Below are positions 39,528 to 49,476 of a stretch of 64,000 bases of DNA, piece by piece. The DNA is from Bacteroidales bacterium (GTDB lineage: Bacteria; Bacteroidota; Bacteroidia; Bacteroidales; Dysgonomonadaceae), in assembly GCA_012837345.1 (NCBI GenBank), contig DURL01000003.1, forward strand, positions 2,954 through 66,953, given 5' to 3'. The notes under the pieces were generated by a model. It worked only from the letters and a program-made list of their open reading frames with translations, was not told the origin of the DNA and did no database searches. Each line of letters starts with the position of its first letter. The stretch's first letter is position 1. A program made the translations under genes and the position numbers.

Positions 39528-41189
39528 TCATTTTGTTTTTAGCATCACCCTGGCATTCTCCACAGCCTGCTCAGTTACTTCGGCACCACTCAGCATGCGG
39601 GCGATCTCTCCCACCCGCTCCTTACCGGTCAGCTTCCTGATACCGGTTGCCACATGGCTCCCCTGTTCTTCCTTATATACAACGTAATGTGTCTCTCCCT
39701 TCGAAGCAATCTGTGGCAGATGGGTGATGCCGATCACCTGCATCTCCCGGCTCATCTCATGCATCACCGCCCCCACACGATCGGCCACCTCACCTGATGT
39801 GCCGGTATCGATCTCATCGAAGATGATGGCGGGCAGTGCCGTAGCACCGGCAATCATCGCCTTGAGTGACAACATCAGTCGCGAGATCTCTCCACCTGAG
39901 GCTATTTGCGAGACAGGCTGCAACGACCTGTTTTTGTTGGCTGAGAAGAGGAACTCCACCTGATCGGCTCCGGTGATGTCTGGCTCTTTTCGGGGTGTGA
40001 TCTTACAATGAAAACGTGTGTGGGGCATCTTCAGATAGTCCAGCTTCTCGATGAGCTGCAGCTCTATACCGGCGGTGGCAGCAGCACGCTTCTCACTCAA
40101 CCGGGCGGCATTCTCCAGCATTATCCTCTTCCTGTCAGCAACACTCTTCTCCTGAGCAGCCAGTTGCTCATCAAGCGAATCGATCTGCTGTAACTTTGAT
40201 GCTATCTCATCACGCAGGGTGATCAACTCTTCTACACCATTGAGTCCATACTTCTTTTCCAGATCATAGAGCATGCCAAGACGATCCTCCACAAGCTGCT
40301 GACGTCCAGGATCAAACTCCACCTGTTCAAACAGGCGGGAAGCCTCCTCACGCACATCTTTCAAATCGAGGTATGCCGAGTCCACCCTCTCCGAGAGACT
40401 GCTCACCTTCGGGAAAACTGCTTGCAATGATAGCAGGGTATCTCTTACCGTGCGTAACATCGCCTCAATATTCTGTGTATCTCCTGAAAGAAGATTGGTG
40501 GCAGTAAAGAGCCCCGACTTGATCTCCTCTGAATGTGTCAACGCTTCCAGCTCCTCTTCCAGACGCAGCTGCTCTCCTTCTTCCAGTGCCGCTTCCGTCA
40601 GTGCCGTATGCTGAAAACGGAGGTAATCCTCCTCCTCTCTGTTGCGACGGTATTGTTCCCTCAATTCAAGCAAAACCTTCTCTTCGGCACGAAACAGAGT
40701 GTGGGCATCCCTATAGCTCTCCAGCTCTTTCCGGGTGTCAGCCAGCAGATCCACAACACTGAGTTGAAACAGGTTGTCATTCAGTGCGAGGTTCTGATGC
40801 TGGGAGTGTATATCGATCAAACGTTCACCCAGCAACTTCAGGTCGCTCAGATTTACCGGTGAGTCATTGATAAAGGCACGTGACCTGCCGGTAGCCCATA
40901 TCTCACGTCGCAGGATGCACTCATCACCGTCGTAGAACCATTCATGCTCATCGAAGAGTGGCTTCAGCCGGTAAGCTGATATGTTGAAGAGACCTTCAAT
41001 CACACATTTGTTCTCATCCTGCTTCACATACCGCAAATCGGCACGCTGCCCCAGAATAAGGGAGAGGGCACCCAGGATTATGGATTTGCCGGCACCCGTC
41101 TCGCCAGTGATCACCGTGAACCCTTTCTCGAAGTCGATCTGCAACGAATCGATCAGTGCATAATTCTCTATGGATAGTCTCTTTAACAT
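39528..41189 (-). CDS. recN: DNA repair protein RecN
   Basis: TGETGAGKS Walker A, IHSQHQ, ASGGEISRLML, IFDEIDTG and ITHLPQIA. Confidence 0.97.
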   Translation of the reverse strand: MLKRLSIENYALIDSLQIDFEKGFTVITGETGAGKSIILGALSLILGQRADLRYVKQDENKCVIEGLFNISAYRLKPLFDEHEWFYDGDECILRREIWATGRSRAFINDSPVNLSDLKLLGERLIDIHSQHQNLALNDNLFQLSVVDLLADTRKELESYRDAHTLFRAEEKVLLELREQYRRNREEEDYLRFQHTALTEAALEEGEQLRLEEELEALTHSEEIKSGLFTATNLLSGDTQNIEAMLRTVRDTLLSLQAVFPKVSSLSERVDSAYLDLKDVREEASRLFEQVEFDPGRQQLVEDRLGMLYDLEKKYGLNGVEELITLRDEIASKLQQIDSLDEQLAAQEKSVADRKRIMLENAARLSEKRAAATAGIELQLIEKLDYLKMPHTRFHCKITPRKEPDITGADQVEFLFSANKNRSLQPVSQIASGGEISRLMLSLKAMIAGATALPAIIFDEIDTGTSGEVADRVGAVMHEMSREMQVIGITHLPQIASKGETHYVVYKEEQGSHVATGIRKLTGKERVGEIARMLSGAEVTEQAVENARVMLKTK

Positions 41190-41195
41190 AAACAG

Positions 41196-42071
41196 TTATT
41201 CTCTCAGCATTTCTAGCATATCGGCGCGTGTGGGGTAGATCTCCTGCAACAGGTGCGACCAGTGTTCTCTGTCTGAACTGTCACCCTGTACGAGGATAGT
41301 CACCAACTCAGGCAGCCGGGCATCACCAAAAAGGGTAAGCAAGATATGTCCGGGGCGGTCACGATGAAGCGAGTAAAGCACCTCCACGGCTTCTGCTGCT
41401 GTCGTCAGTCGGGGTTCGGAATGAAAACGGTACCACATCAGCCGGTACTGTTCCAGCGAGCCCTCGTTGAAAGCCACTGCGATAGCTGTGCGGTTGCTCT
41501 GCCTCTGGTTCATCTCCCACCCCTTCCATCCGTAGGGTTGCACAGCCGAGGCTATCTGTTCCATCTTCCGAAAAAAAGCGCTTCCTCCCAGCGGTGCGCT
41601 GGCATCCGCATCCAAGCCGAGGATCAGACAGGCATAGTAGGCAACCAGCGCAGTCAGGTTATCGCGGATGTTATATAAATCAAAGTAGAGTGGCTGATAG
41701 GCGGAATAGGTGAAACCCGCCTCCCTGTCGCGCACCACCAGCAGGGTGGATCCCGGTCTGCCTCCTTCACCAGCCCTGGTTGAGTGCACATAGAGCTCAC
41801 CTCCAAACGACTCGTCAGTAACCTGCTCCGTGATGAGCAGGTTAAAGGAACATCTGATCTTACGATCTGACGGTGTGAAGCGGTCGCTCCATCGTTGACC
41901 GTTGAGGAGTGTTTGCAACGACTCTTCCAGGGAGCGAAACAACTCCCTGCTGCTTCCCTGCACTGCTGAGCTGTTCACGGTCACCGCCGCATGGAGCTCC
42001 TGAGCTGACAGGGTAAACAGACCCGTCATGCAACTCCACAGCAAGAAGACACCAGTAACAATCCCTCTCAT
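41196..42071 (-). CDS. DUF4835-family exported protein (often annotated as T9SS PorD)
   Basis: Signal peptide ending AQEL, VTVNS, NLTALVAYYACLILGLDAD; adjacent to recN. Confidence 0.7.
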   Translation of the reverse strand: MRGIVTGVFLLWSCMTGLFTLSAQELHAAVTVNSSAVQGSSRELFRSLEESLQTLLNGQRWSDRFTPSDRKIRCSFNLLITEQVTDESFGGELYVHSTRAGEGGRPGSTLLVVRDREAGFTYSAYQPLYFDLYNIRDNLTALVAYYACLILGLDADASAPLGGSAFFRKMEQIASAVQPYGWKGWEMNQRQSNRTAIAVAFNEGSLEQYRLMWYRFHSEPRLTTAAEAVEVLYSLHRDRPGHILLTLFGDARLPELVTILVQGDSSDREHWSHLLQEIYPTRADMLEMLRE

Positions 42072-42148
42072 CTCATACAGTTTGAGGCACCCGGAAACAA
42101 TTCTATCAACCGGTTATCCTCCACAAAAATACACATAATTCCGGATAA

Positions 42149-44188
42149 TCACTTATTTTCAGATGTGATAAGAGGATGCGGCAGCACCCTGAACTCAGTC
42201 CGACGGTTCAGCTGATCAGCAACGGCCTGTTGTGAGGGAAGAAGCTCGCCGATGTAATCTTCCGTAAGAGAGGCTCCCTCAAGCAGAAAAGGATGATCCT
42301 GTGCGACCACAGTGTCAACAACCCTTGGCTTCCACTTTCCGCAACCCACAGCGGTGAGACGTGCCGGATCGATCCCTGCCGCTGTGAGATAATCGATCAC
42401 CGAGCGGGCTCGCTGCAGCGAAAGGGACTCATTGTAACGGGTAGATCCTATCCGGTCGGTATGGGCAGAGAGCTCCACCCTGATCTCCGGATGCTCCTGC
42501 ATAAGGTGAATCAGCCTGCCAAGCTCCTCTTTCGATTCCGGACGGAGTATAGCCCTGTCAAAGTCGTAGTATATATGTTTCAAGACTACCGGTTTGTTGT
42601 AGGGTGTCATCTCAAAATCCACAAAACAGATCGTATCGTTGCCGGTGTTGACAGGGGCAAGCGAATGCTGCTGATTCAGGAATCCTTCCACCTGTGCGAG
42701 GAATAGATAAGCTACCCCCATTTCCGCGCTGAACCGGTAGGTGCCATTCCTGTCGGTCACCAGACGCTTCAAAGCACCATTGCTCCCCACCACATCGATC
42801 ACCGCACCCCCTATCAGCTGATCCTGCCTGTCAACCACAAATCCCTCCACGCGAATCACCGGTTTCATCTGTTCAAAAGACCAGATGTGATCATACCCTC
42901 TTGCATCCTCTCGATTGGAACTGAAAAAACCCCTCTCCTTTCCTTTCTCAAAAGTAATTCCGAAATCGTCGGCTGGTGAATTCAGTGGGGGTGGAAGATG
43001 GTGCAATCGCCACTGGTGTGTAGCATTGCTCTTCACCGCACGGAAGAGATCGAGGCCACCCCTTCCGGGGTGACCATCGGAAGAAAAGTAGAGGGTCGTG
43101 TCGTTGCGCAACATTGGAAACATCTCATTGCCGGGCGTGTTGATTGCAGGCCCGGCATTCTCTATCCTTATCACCTCTTGCTTATGATTGAGGTGTGCCA
43201 GCCAGATATCCAACCCCCCTATCCCTCCGGGCATGTCAGAGACAAAAAAAAGAAGATGTCCCGAGGCTGACACAGCGGGATGGGCAAACAGCGAGAGGGA
43301 ATCTCCGGCATGGATAGAAAAGCGGATACCCGCAGACCAGACACCATCCACCTTCCGGGAGAGAGAGAGAGAGGGAAGAGCAGGATGATCGGACCCGGCA
43401 GCCATGAAGCTGTAAAACATCAGTTCTCCGTCGGCAGTTACGGAAGCTGTTCCTTCGTCGTATTGGGTGTTGAGGGTCGATTCGATTCTCTTCGGTTTCT
43501 GCCAGACGCCCTGGCTGTTCCTCACGGTGAGGTACAGATCATGATACTTGGTCCCCGTAACGGGACTCCTCTCCTCACCCGGAATCTCCTCCCTCGAAGA
43601 GGTGAAAAAAAGGTGATTGTCCTCATTTGTCAGCATGGGGGAGAAATCGCCGCGGGATGAGTTGAAGAGTTCCATCCGTTCGATCTGATAACGGGTTGAT
43701 CCATTATCCTGTAGTCCTCTCTCATCCATGGCCTGCACGGCACCCCGCAATCCGATCATTCCATCCCTGTCACCAGGCATGTATGCAAGATACTCCCGGT
43801 ATGTATCCACTGCTTTGGGGTAGTGACCCTCACGGTGTAGCATCTGTGCCAGACGAAGAAACGCAATGCTGTCAGGATAACCAAAACGAATGGCATTGCC
43901 GTAGGCAGTGGCAGCATGTGCCGAACGGTTCAGCAGGCGATAGTTCTCGGCCATCTCAAAGGCAATCACGCCTCGCAATGCGTCTATCTCGCGGGGCGTT
44001 TGCCGGTAGAGCCGGCGGTAGGCAGTGACCGCTTCGTGGTATTCACCCCGGACGTAATGTTCCCTGGCATCACTCAGTCGTACCCTGTTGCAGGAGATGG
44101 TAAGCAACAGCGTCAACAACAGCAGGTATGGATGAAATCGCTTCAAAAGAAAAATCCGTTTTGGATCTAAACGGATTTTTCGGGTCAT
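42149..44188 (-). CDS. porE: PorE-like lipoprotein: TPR, PD40 beta-propeller, carboxypeptidase-regulatory and OmpA_C domains
   Basis: Lipobox LTISC, TPR helices, FSSDGHPGRGGLDLF, IYYDFD, LSAHTD and NRRTEF. Confidence 0.78.
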   Translation of the reverse strand: MTRKIRLDPKRIFLLKRFHPYLLLLTLLLTISCNRVRLSDAREHYVRGEYHEAVTAYRRLYRQTPREIDALRGVIAFEMAENYRLLNRSAHAATAYGNAIRFGYPDSIAFLRLAQMLHREGHYPKAVDTYREYLAYMPGDRDGMIGLRGAVQAMDERGLQDNGSTRYQIERMELFNSSRGDFSPMLTNEDNHLFFTSSREEIPGEERSPVTGTKYHDLYLTVRNSQGVWQKPKRIESTLNTQYDEGTASVTADGELMFYSFMAAGSDHPALPSLSLSRKVDGVWSAGIRFSIHAGDSLSLFAHPAVSASGHLLFFVSDMPGGIGGLDIWLAHLNHKQEVIRIENAGPAINTPGNEMFPMLRNDTTLYFSSDGHPGRGGLDLFRAVKSNATHQWRLHHLPPPLNSPADDFGITFEKGKERGFFSSNREDARGYDHIWSFEQMKPVIRVEGFVVDRQDQLIGGAVIDVVGSNGALKRLVTDRNGTYRFSAEMGVAYLFLAQVEGFLNQQHSLAPVNTGNDTICFVDFEMTPYNKPVVLKHIYYDFDRAILRPESKEELGRLIHLMQEHPEIRVELSAHTDRIGSTRYNESLSLQRARSVIDYLTAAGIDPARLTAVGCGKWKPRVVDTVVAQDHPFLLEGASLTEDYIGELLPSQQAVADQLNRRTEFRVLPHPLITSENK

Positions 44189-44240
44189 TATTGCATGTCA
44201 GTTTGCTTTTTGAAAACACTTACCTGGAGGCATTCTCATG

Positions 44241-45767
44241 CTAACCCTTTTGCTGGTGCTCCGGCCGTAGCAGGTCGTTCACGGTCTTCACCGGGTTGAA
44301 GGTGGATACAGGCACCTCCACAAAGAGGGTGTTCCAGTCACTCATGGCGCCGTTCCATAGTCCCGGCAGTTCAAGAGCCTTTAACTCCTTTCCGCTTTTC
44401 GACTTATGAGAGATAAACCCGGTATTGGGATCCACGAATTTGGTCAGGTCGAACTTATTTCCCTGATAACACTTCACGCCACACACCAGATCCACCGGAT
44501 TGAAATGAGAACCGTTTCGGAATGCTTCCATAGCCCGTGCATCGTTCCGGTTGATCTGCGAACTCTCCAGGACCTGCAGGGATGCTGTTCCGTCCGGGTT
44601 GACAACAATGAAAGGTCCCCCACCGGGCTCTCCCTGGTTCTTCACCATTCCACACACCCGGAAGGGTCTGTCGAGCTTTCGCTTCAAATAGTCTCTGAGA
44701 TTATCATCGGTCTCGAATATCTCGTTATGGGTGATGCACAACTCGTTCTCGGTAAAGGCAAGCATCTCCTCCAGTTCATCGGAGGTAACCCTGCCGGAAT
44801 CCAGTTTATCAAGATAGCCAAAAGCACGCTGTTGAGTGGTGACCAGTATCCCGGCCAGCAGCTTCTTATAATGTGCCTCTTCCTCTTTCAGCCGGTCAGG
44901 TACTACATTGTCAATATTTTTGATAAAGATGATATCCGAGTCAATGTCATTCAGATTTTCAATCAGAGCTCCATGTCCGCCGGGACGGAACAGCAGGCTC
45001 CCATCTTCTTCACGGAAGGGTTCGTTCTCCAAATCCACAGCCAGGGTGTCTGTCGACGGCTTTTGAATACTGTAGGAAACAGAAAAACGAGCACCCAGCT
45101 TGATCTCATAACTAAGCTTGCGGGCAGCCACCAGCAACTCGAATAGTTCTTTATGCTCCTCCGACACAGTGAAATGCACTTTCACCAACCCATCTGAGCG
45201 ACGGGCATAAAGAGCACCTTCATGCAAGTGCTCGCCCACCGCTGTCCGGTTTCCCTCTGAGTAGGAATGAAATAAGAGCAACCCCTTGGGCAGGTTGCCA
45301 TAATCAAGCCCTTCAGGATGCAACAGGGCTGCCACCACCTCTTTGTATCTCCCTTCATCGCAAAGTGCTGAGACGCCCTTCCCATAAAGGTCGCGACAGG
45401 CTTCATCGAGGGATATTACAAAGGCGAACTGACGGATATGAGTGAAGAATGTCTTCTCAAAGCTGGTGGTTGGCACATCATAGTCGGCATCCAAAAACGC
45501 ATATAAGTCTTTGAACATACGACTGGCAGCACCCGATGCCGGGACAAATTTGGTTACGCTTCTGTCCTCTTTCAGGTAGGTCTGCCAGCTCTTCAGGTAA
45601 GCTTTCTGCTCCTGCTCATCAACCCGCATGATCCCTTTGAAATAGGAAGCGGGTGCCACGATCTGCAGAAAAGGAAAGCCTGTACTGAAATATGCAAGCT
45701 GTCTATTGACCTGTTCTTGTGTGATCCCTTTTTCTCTGAGCTGACTTAGGTCCTGTTGTGTAAGCAT
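44241..45767 (-). CDS. DUF4301-family protein, probable nucleotidyltransferase fold
   Basis: KFVPASGAASRMFK, FRPGGHGALIENL, FIKNIDNV, GEPGGGPF, HFNPVD and LPGLWNG. Confidence 0.8.
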   Translation of the reverse strand: MLTQQDLSQLREKGITQEQVNRQLAYFSTGFPFLQIVAPASYFKGIMRVDEQEQKAYLKSWQTYLKEDRSVTKFVPASGAASRMFKDLYAFLDADYDVPTTSFEKTFFTHIRQFAFVISLDEACRDLYGKGVSALCDEGRYKEVVAALLHPEGLDYGNLPKGLLLFHSYSEGNRTAVGEHLHEGALYARRSDGLVKVHFTVSEEHKELFELLVAARKLSYEIKLGARFSVSYSIQKPSTDTLAVDLENEPFREEDGSLLFRPGGHGALIENLNDIDSDIIFIKNIDNVVPDRLKEEEAHYKKLLAGILVTTQQRAFGYLDKLDSGRVTSDELEEMLAFTENELCITHNEIFETDDNLRDYLKRKLDRPFRVCGMVKNQGEPGGGPFIVVNPDGTASLQVLESSQINRNDARAMEAFRNGSHFNPVDLVCGVKCYQGNKFDLTKFVDPNTGFISHKSKSGKELKALELPGLWNGAMSDWNTLFVEVPVSTFNPVKTVNDLLRPEHQQKG

Positions 45768-45921
45768 ATCGGTGGTCTATTTATGATTGTACAAAATAAG
45801 TGAATATGAGATGTCCCTCTCAGAAACATCAACGGCGAAAGCATTCGTCTCACCAAAGATAAAGAAATCTTACGACACCGATGCATCCTCAGTAAAAAAA
45901 CCAATAACCCCTAAATAAAAA

Positions 45922-45974
45922 CCGACAGATTGGCAGACAGTGATTACCGCAAAATCTTTGGCACAGGTTTTGAA
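45922..45974 (+). promoter_or_regulatory. dnaK promoter: sigma54-like TTGGCACAGGTTTTGA plus an upstream imperfect palindrome
   Basis: TGGCAC-N5-TTG at 45959-45972; CCGACAGATTGGCAG at 45922-45936. Confidence 0.55.
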
Positions 45975-46080
45975 AAGAGAAGGATGTAACATGGTCTGAC
46001 CCTCCAAAAAAAAACAGAAGTGACTGTCAGATCATAGACTGAATCAGGAAATTTCAAATTTAAACAATATCAGAACAATT

Positions 46081-47991
46081 ATGGGAAAAATTATCGGAAT
46101 AGACTTGGGAACAACCAACTCGTGTGTCTCCGTCATGGAAGGAAACGAGCCTGTTGTAATCCCCAACAACGAAGGTAAACGTACTACTCCTTCGGTTGTC
46201 GCTTTTATGGATAACGGTGAACGTAAAGTAGGTGATCCGGCAAAGCGCCAGGCAATCACCAACCCAAATAACACCATCTCCTCCATCAAGACCTTCATGG
46301 GCGAGACCTATGACCGGGTGCAGAAAGAGATAGGACGTGTACCTTACAAGGTGGCACATGGTGACAATAACACCCCCCGGGTGGATATCAACGGCCATCT
46401 ATACTCACCACAGGAGATATCGGCTATCATCTTGCAGAAGATGAAGAAGACTGCCGAAGATCACCTGGGACAGGAGGTGAAAGAGGCTGTGATCACCGTG
46501 CCGGCATACTTCAGTGATGCACAGCGTCAGGCTACCAAAGAGGCAGGTGAGATTGCCGGCCTTACTGTTCGCCGCATCGTGAATGAGCCGACAGCGGCAG
46601 CACTGGCCTATGGACTGGACAAACAGAACAAGGACTCCAAGATCGCGGTCTTTGACCTGGGTGGTGGTACCTTCGACATCTCCATCCTGGAGCTGGGTGA
46701 TGGCGTCTTCGAAGTGAAGTCAACCAATGGGGACACACACCTGGGAGGTGATGACTTCGATCATCGCATCATTGACTGGCTAGCACAGGAATTCATGAAC
46801 GAGGAGGGAATCGATCTGCGTAAGGATCCGATGGCACTCCAGCGACTCAAGGAAGCTGCCGAGAAAGCAAAGATCGAGCTCTCCAGCTCTACCTCAACCG
46901 AGATCAACCTGCCCTATATCATGCCGGTGAACGGGATACCCAAGCACCTTGTCAAGACATTGTCACGCGCCAAGTTTGAGCAGTTGATCGACGATCTGTT
47001 ACAAAAATGCGTGGGTCCCTGTCAGACCGCGATGAAGGATGCAGGTCTCTCCAACTCCGATATTGATGAGGTGATTCTGGTGGGTGGCTCAACCCGCATC
47101 CCCGCGGTACAGGAACTGGTGGAGAAACTTTTCGGCAAAAAACCACACAAAGGGGTGAACCCCGATGAAGTGGTGGCTATCGGCGCCGCCATCCAGGGAG
47201 CAGTGCTCACCGGAGAGGTGAAGGATGTGCTGTTACTCGACGTGACTCCGCTCTCACTCGGGATTGAGACACTGGGAGGGGTGATGACCAAGCTGATCGA
47301 AGCCAACACCACCATCCCGACAAAGAAAAGCGAGACCTTCTCCACGGCCAGCGACAGCCAGCCTTCGGTGCAGATCAACGTGCTGCAGGGTGAACGCTCA
47401 ATGGCTCGTGACAACAAACAGATCGGCGTCTTTAACCTCGACGGGATACCACCCGCACCGCGTGGTGTACCGCAGATTGAAGTGACATTCGACATCGACG
47501 CCAACGGAATCCTGAATGTCTCCGCCAAAGACAAGGCAACCGGCAAGGAGCAGAAAATCCGTATCGAAGCATCCTCCGGCCTGAGCGAGGATGAGATCAA
47601 ACGGATGAAGGAGGAGGCTGCAGCCAATGCCGAAGCCGATATGAAAGAGAAGGAGCGGATCGACAAACTGAACCAGGCTGACTCAACCATCTTCCAGACA
47701 GAGAAGCAACTGAAAGACCTGGGCGACAAGATCCCGGCAGACAAGAAGGCTCCTATTGAGGCAGCCCTCAGCAAACTGAAAGAGGCCCACAAGGCACAGG
47801 ATCTATCCGCCATCGATGCGGCATCCACAGAGCTGAACAACGCCTTCCAGGCCGCTTCACAGGATATGTACAACGCATCGAACGCCCAACCGGGAGCACA
47901 GCCCGGCACCGATGAAGGGCAGCAGACGGCGTCAGACAACGGCCAGTCGGCAGACGATGTGACCGACGTGGACTTTGAGGAGGTGAAATAA
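46081..47991 (+). CDS. dnaK: Chaperone DnaK
   Basis: [36 protein letters not shown] and GVNPDE; ends DVDFEEVK. Confidence 0.99.
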   Translation: MGKIIGIDLGTTNSCVSVMEGNEPVVIPNNEGKRTTPSVVAFMDNGERKVGDPAKRQAITNPNNTISSIKTFMGETYDRVQKEIGRVPYKVAHGDNNTPRVDINGHLYSPQEISAIILQKMKKTAEDHLGQEVKEAVITVPAYFSDAQRQATKEAGEIAGLTVRRIVNEPTAAALAYGLDKQNKDSKIAVFDLGGGTFDISILELGDGVFEVKSTNGDTHLGGDDFDHRIIDWLAQEFMNEEGIDLRKDPMALQRLKEAAEKAKIELSSSTSTEINLPYIMPVNGIPKHLVKTLSRAKFEQLIDDLLQKCVGPCQTAMKDAGLSNSDIDEVILVGGSTRIPAVQELVEKLFGKKPHKGVNPDEVVAIGAAIQGAVLTGEVKDVLLLDVTPLSLGIETLGGVMTKLIEANTTIPTKKSETFSTASDSQPSVQINVLQGERSMARDNKQIGVFNLDGIPPAPRGVPQIEVTFDIDANGILNVSAKDKATGKEQKIRIEASSGLSEDEIKRMKEEAAANAEADMKEKERIDKLNQADSTIFQTEKQLKDLGDKIPADKKAPIEAALSKLKEAHKAQDLSAIDAASTELNNAFQAASQDMYNASNAQPGAQPGTDEGQQTASDNGQSADDVTDVDFEEVK

Positions 47992-48031
47992 AGGTTCAAC
48001 CTGCCAACAGACCTCTTTTATAGAAGCAATG

Positions 48032-48068
48032 ACCCCGCCACTGAACCGTGCGCGGGGTTGTTCATTTA
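48032..48068 (+). terminator. Intrinsic terminator after dnaK
   Basis: ACCCCGC/GCGGGGT stem followed by TTGTTCATTT. Confidence 0.65.
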
Positions 48069-48113
48069 TTAAAAAAACAGACCCCACAGTATTGATATGT
48101 AGAATTTTATTTC

Positions 48114-48121
48114 TACCTTTG
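48114..48121 (+). promoter_or_regulatory. Sigma-A -7 element for the rpsU-xerC-hpf region
   Basis: TACCTTTG, about 190 nt upstream of the rpsU ATG. Confidence 0.65.
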
Positions 48122-48250
48122 CAGCCCAAACAGAAGGGAGGTTATTGATTACCCGGAAAAGGAAACAGTAGACACATCAGACAACCAGATTATTTCCGGC
48201 ACATGGAACACTATTTTCATGTGCAAAAAGATCAATACTCAATATCCAAA

Positions 48251-48285
48251 AGCTGAATGCTGAAAGCTGACAGCCAATAGCCAGT
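48251..48285 (+). repeat. Five degenerate heptamer repeats upstream of rpsU
   Basis: AGCTGAA TGCTGAA AGCTGAC AGCCAAT AGCCAGT. Confidence 0.6.
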
Positions 48286-48310
48286 AAAACAATAAAAAAA
48301 TCAAATAACA

Positions 48311-48502
48311 ATGATCGTAGTACAACTCAAAGAGGGCGAGAACATTGAAAGAGCCCTGAAGAAATTCAAACGCAAATATGAGAAGACCGGAGTGGTAAAA
48401 GAACTTCGCAGCCGTCAGGCGTTCACCAAGCCGTCGGTGGAGAAACGCAAGAAGAAACAACACGCCGTCTACGTACAACAGCTGCATCAAAACGAAGAAT
48501 GA
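48311..48502 (+). CDS. rpsU: 30S ribosomal protein bS21
   Basis: GENIERALKKFKRK and FTKPSV. Confidence 0.96.
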   Translation: MIVVQLKEGENIERALKKFKRKYEKTGVVKELRSRQAFTKPSVEKRKKKQHAVYVQQLHQNEE

Positions 48503-48572
48503 TAAAATAATTTCGTTTTTGCAAAGTTTTTTCCTATCTTCGTAACACCATCAACTGAACGGTCGCGGTGCT

Positions 48573-49475
48573 ATGTGGAAAGAAAAATTCATAGACTATC
48601 TCCGTTATGAGAAGAACTACTCTCCTCAAACGGAGATTTCTTATTTTAGGGATATCACCCAGTTTGAGGATTTCATCACTGGTGAATGCGGATCATATGA
48701 CCCGGCAATGGTGGAGACCGATCAGATCCGAAACTGGATGATCCGGCTCATGGAACTGGGAGTGAAACCTCGCTCCGTAAACAGAAAGTTAAGCGCTGTT
48801 CGATCCTATTTCCGCTTCCTGAAACGAAAAGAAGTTGTCAGCCGCAACCCTGCAGAAGGGATCAACGGCCCCAAAACACCCAGGGTACTGCCCGGTTTTG
48901 TAAAAGACCGTGAACTGTCTGAGATCATTGATACGGCTGACGCCTACCCCGATGACTTTTGCGGACATCGGGACCGCTTTCTGATTGAGTTACTCTATCT
49001 CACCGGAATGCGCCGTGCAGAACTGATAGCCTTGCGCGACAGTGATGTCGATTTTGACACATCGACACTCCGGGTTACGGGTAAGCGAAACAAACAACGC
49101 ATCATCCCCTTCTCCCACAGCACGAAAGGAAAAATAAGGGATTACATGAGCAAAAGAGATGCAGAAGTGGAAAACAAATCACCTTTTCTCTTTGTTAAGA
49201 ATGATGGAAACCCTTTATACCCAAAATTAGTGTACAACATTATCCACACACACCTTAGCAGCATCCCCACCCTTTCCAAAAAAAGCCCTCACGTGCTGCG
49301 GCACTCATTTGCGACTGAGATGCTCAACAACGGAGCCGATATCAACGCAGTGAAAGAGCTATTAGGACACACCAGTCTTGCATCCACCCAGATCTACACA
49401 CATGTGACACTCGAAGAGATAAAAAAAACATATGATCACGCCCACCCAAGGGCACAAAAAATGAAGGAGGAATAG
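48573..49475 (+). CDS. xerC: Chromosomal tyrosine recombinase XerC/XerD type
   Basis: Complete catalytic set: TGMRRAEL (R), GKRNKQR (K), HVLRH (HxxR), LGH, TQIYTH (Y); conserved rpsU-xer-hpf-tRNA-tuf context. Confidence 0.85.
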   Translation: MWKEKFIDYLRYEKNYSPQTEISYFRDITQFEDFITGECGSYDPAMVETDQIRNWMIRLMELGVKPRSVNRKLSAVRSYFRFLKRKEVVSRNPAEGINGPKTPRVLPGFVKDRELSEIIDTADAYPDDFCGHRDRFLIELLYLTGMRRAELIALRDSDVDFDTSTLRVTGKRNKQRIIPFSHSTKGKIRDYMSKRDAEVENKSPFLFVKNDGNPLYPKLVYNIIHTHLSSIPTLSKKSPHVLRHSFATEMLNNGADINAVKELLGHTSLASTQIYTHVTLEEIKKTYDHAHPRAQKMKEE

Positions 49476-49476
49476 T

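Noticed and set aside
47022-47999. 325-aa ORF antisense to dnaK
   Set aside because: Long antisense ORFs opposite hsp70/dnaK are a known by-product of codon bias. It is Ser/Ala-rich with no domain motifs.
48573-49475. Tyrosine recombinase as a prophage/ICE integrase or as the islet's mobiliser
   Set aside because: About 300 aa, XerC-like, and in the conserved rpsU-hpf-tRNA-tuf core context with no flanking cargo.
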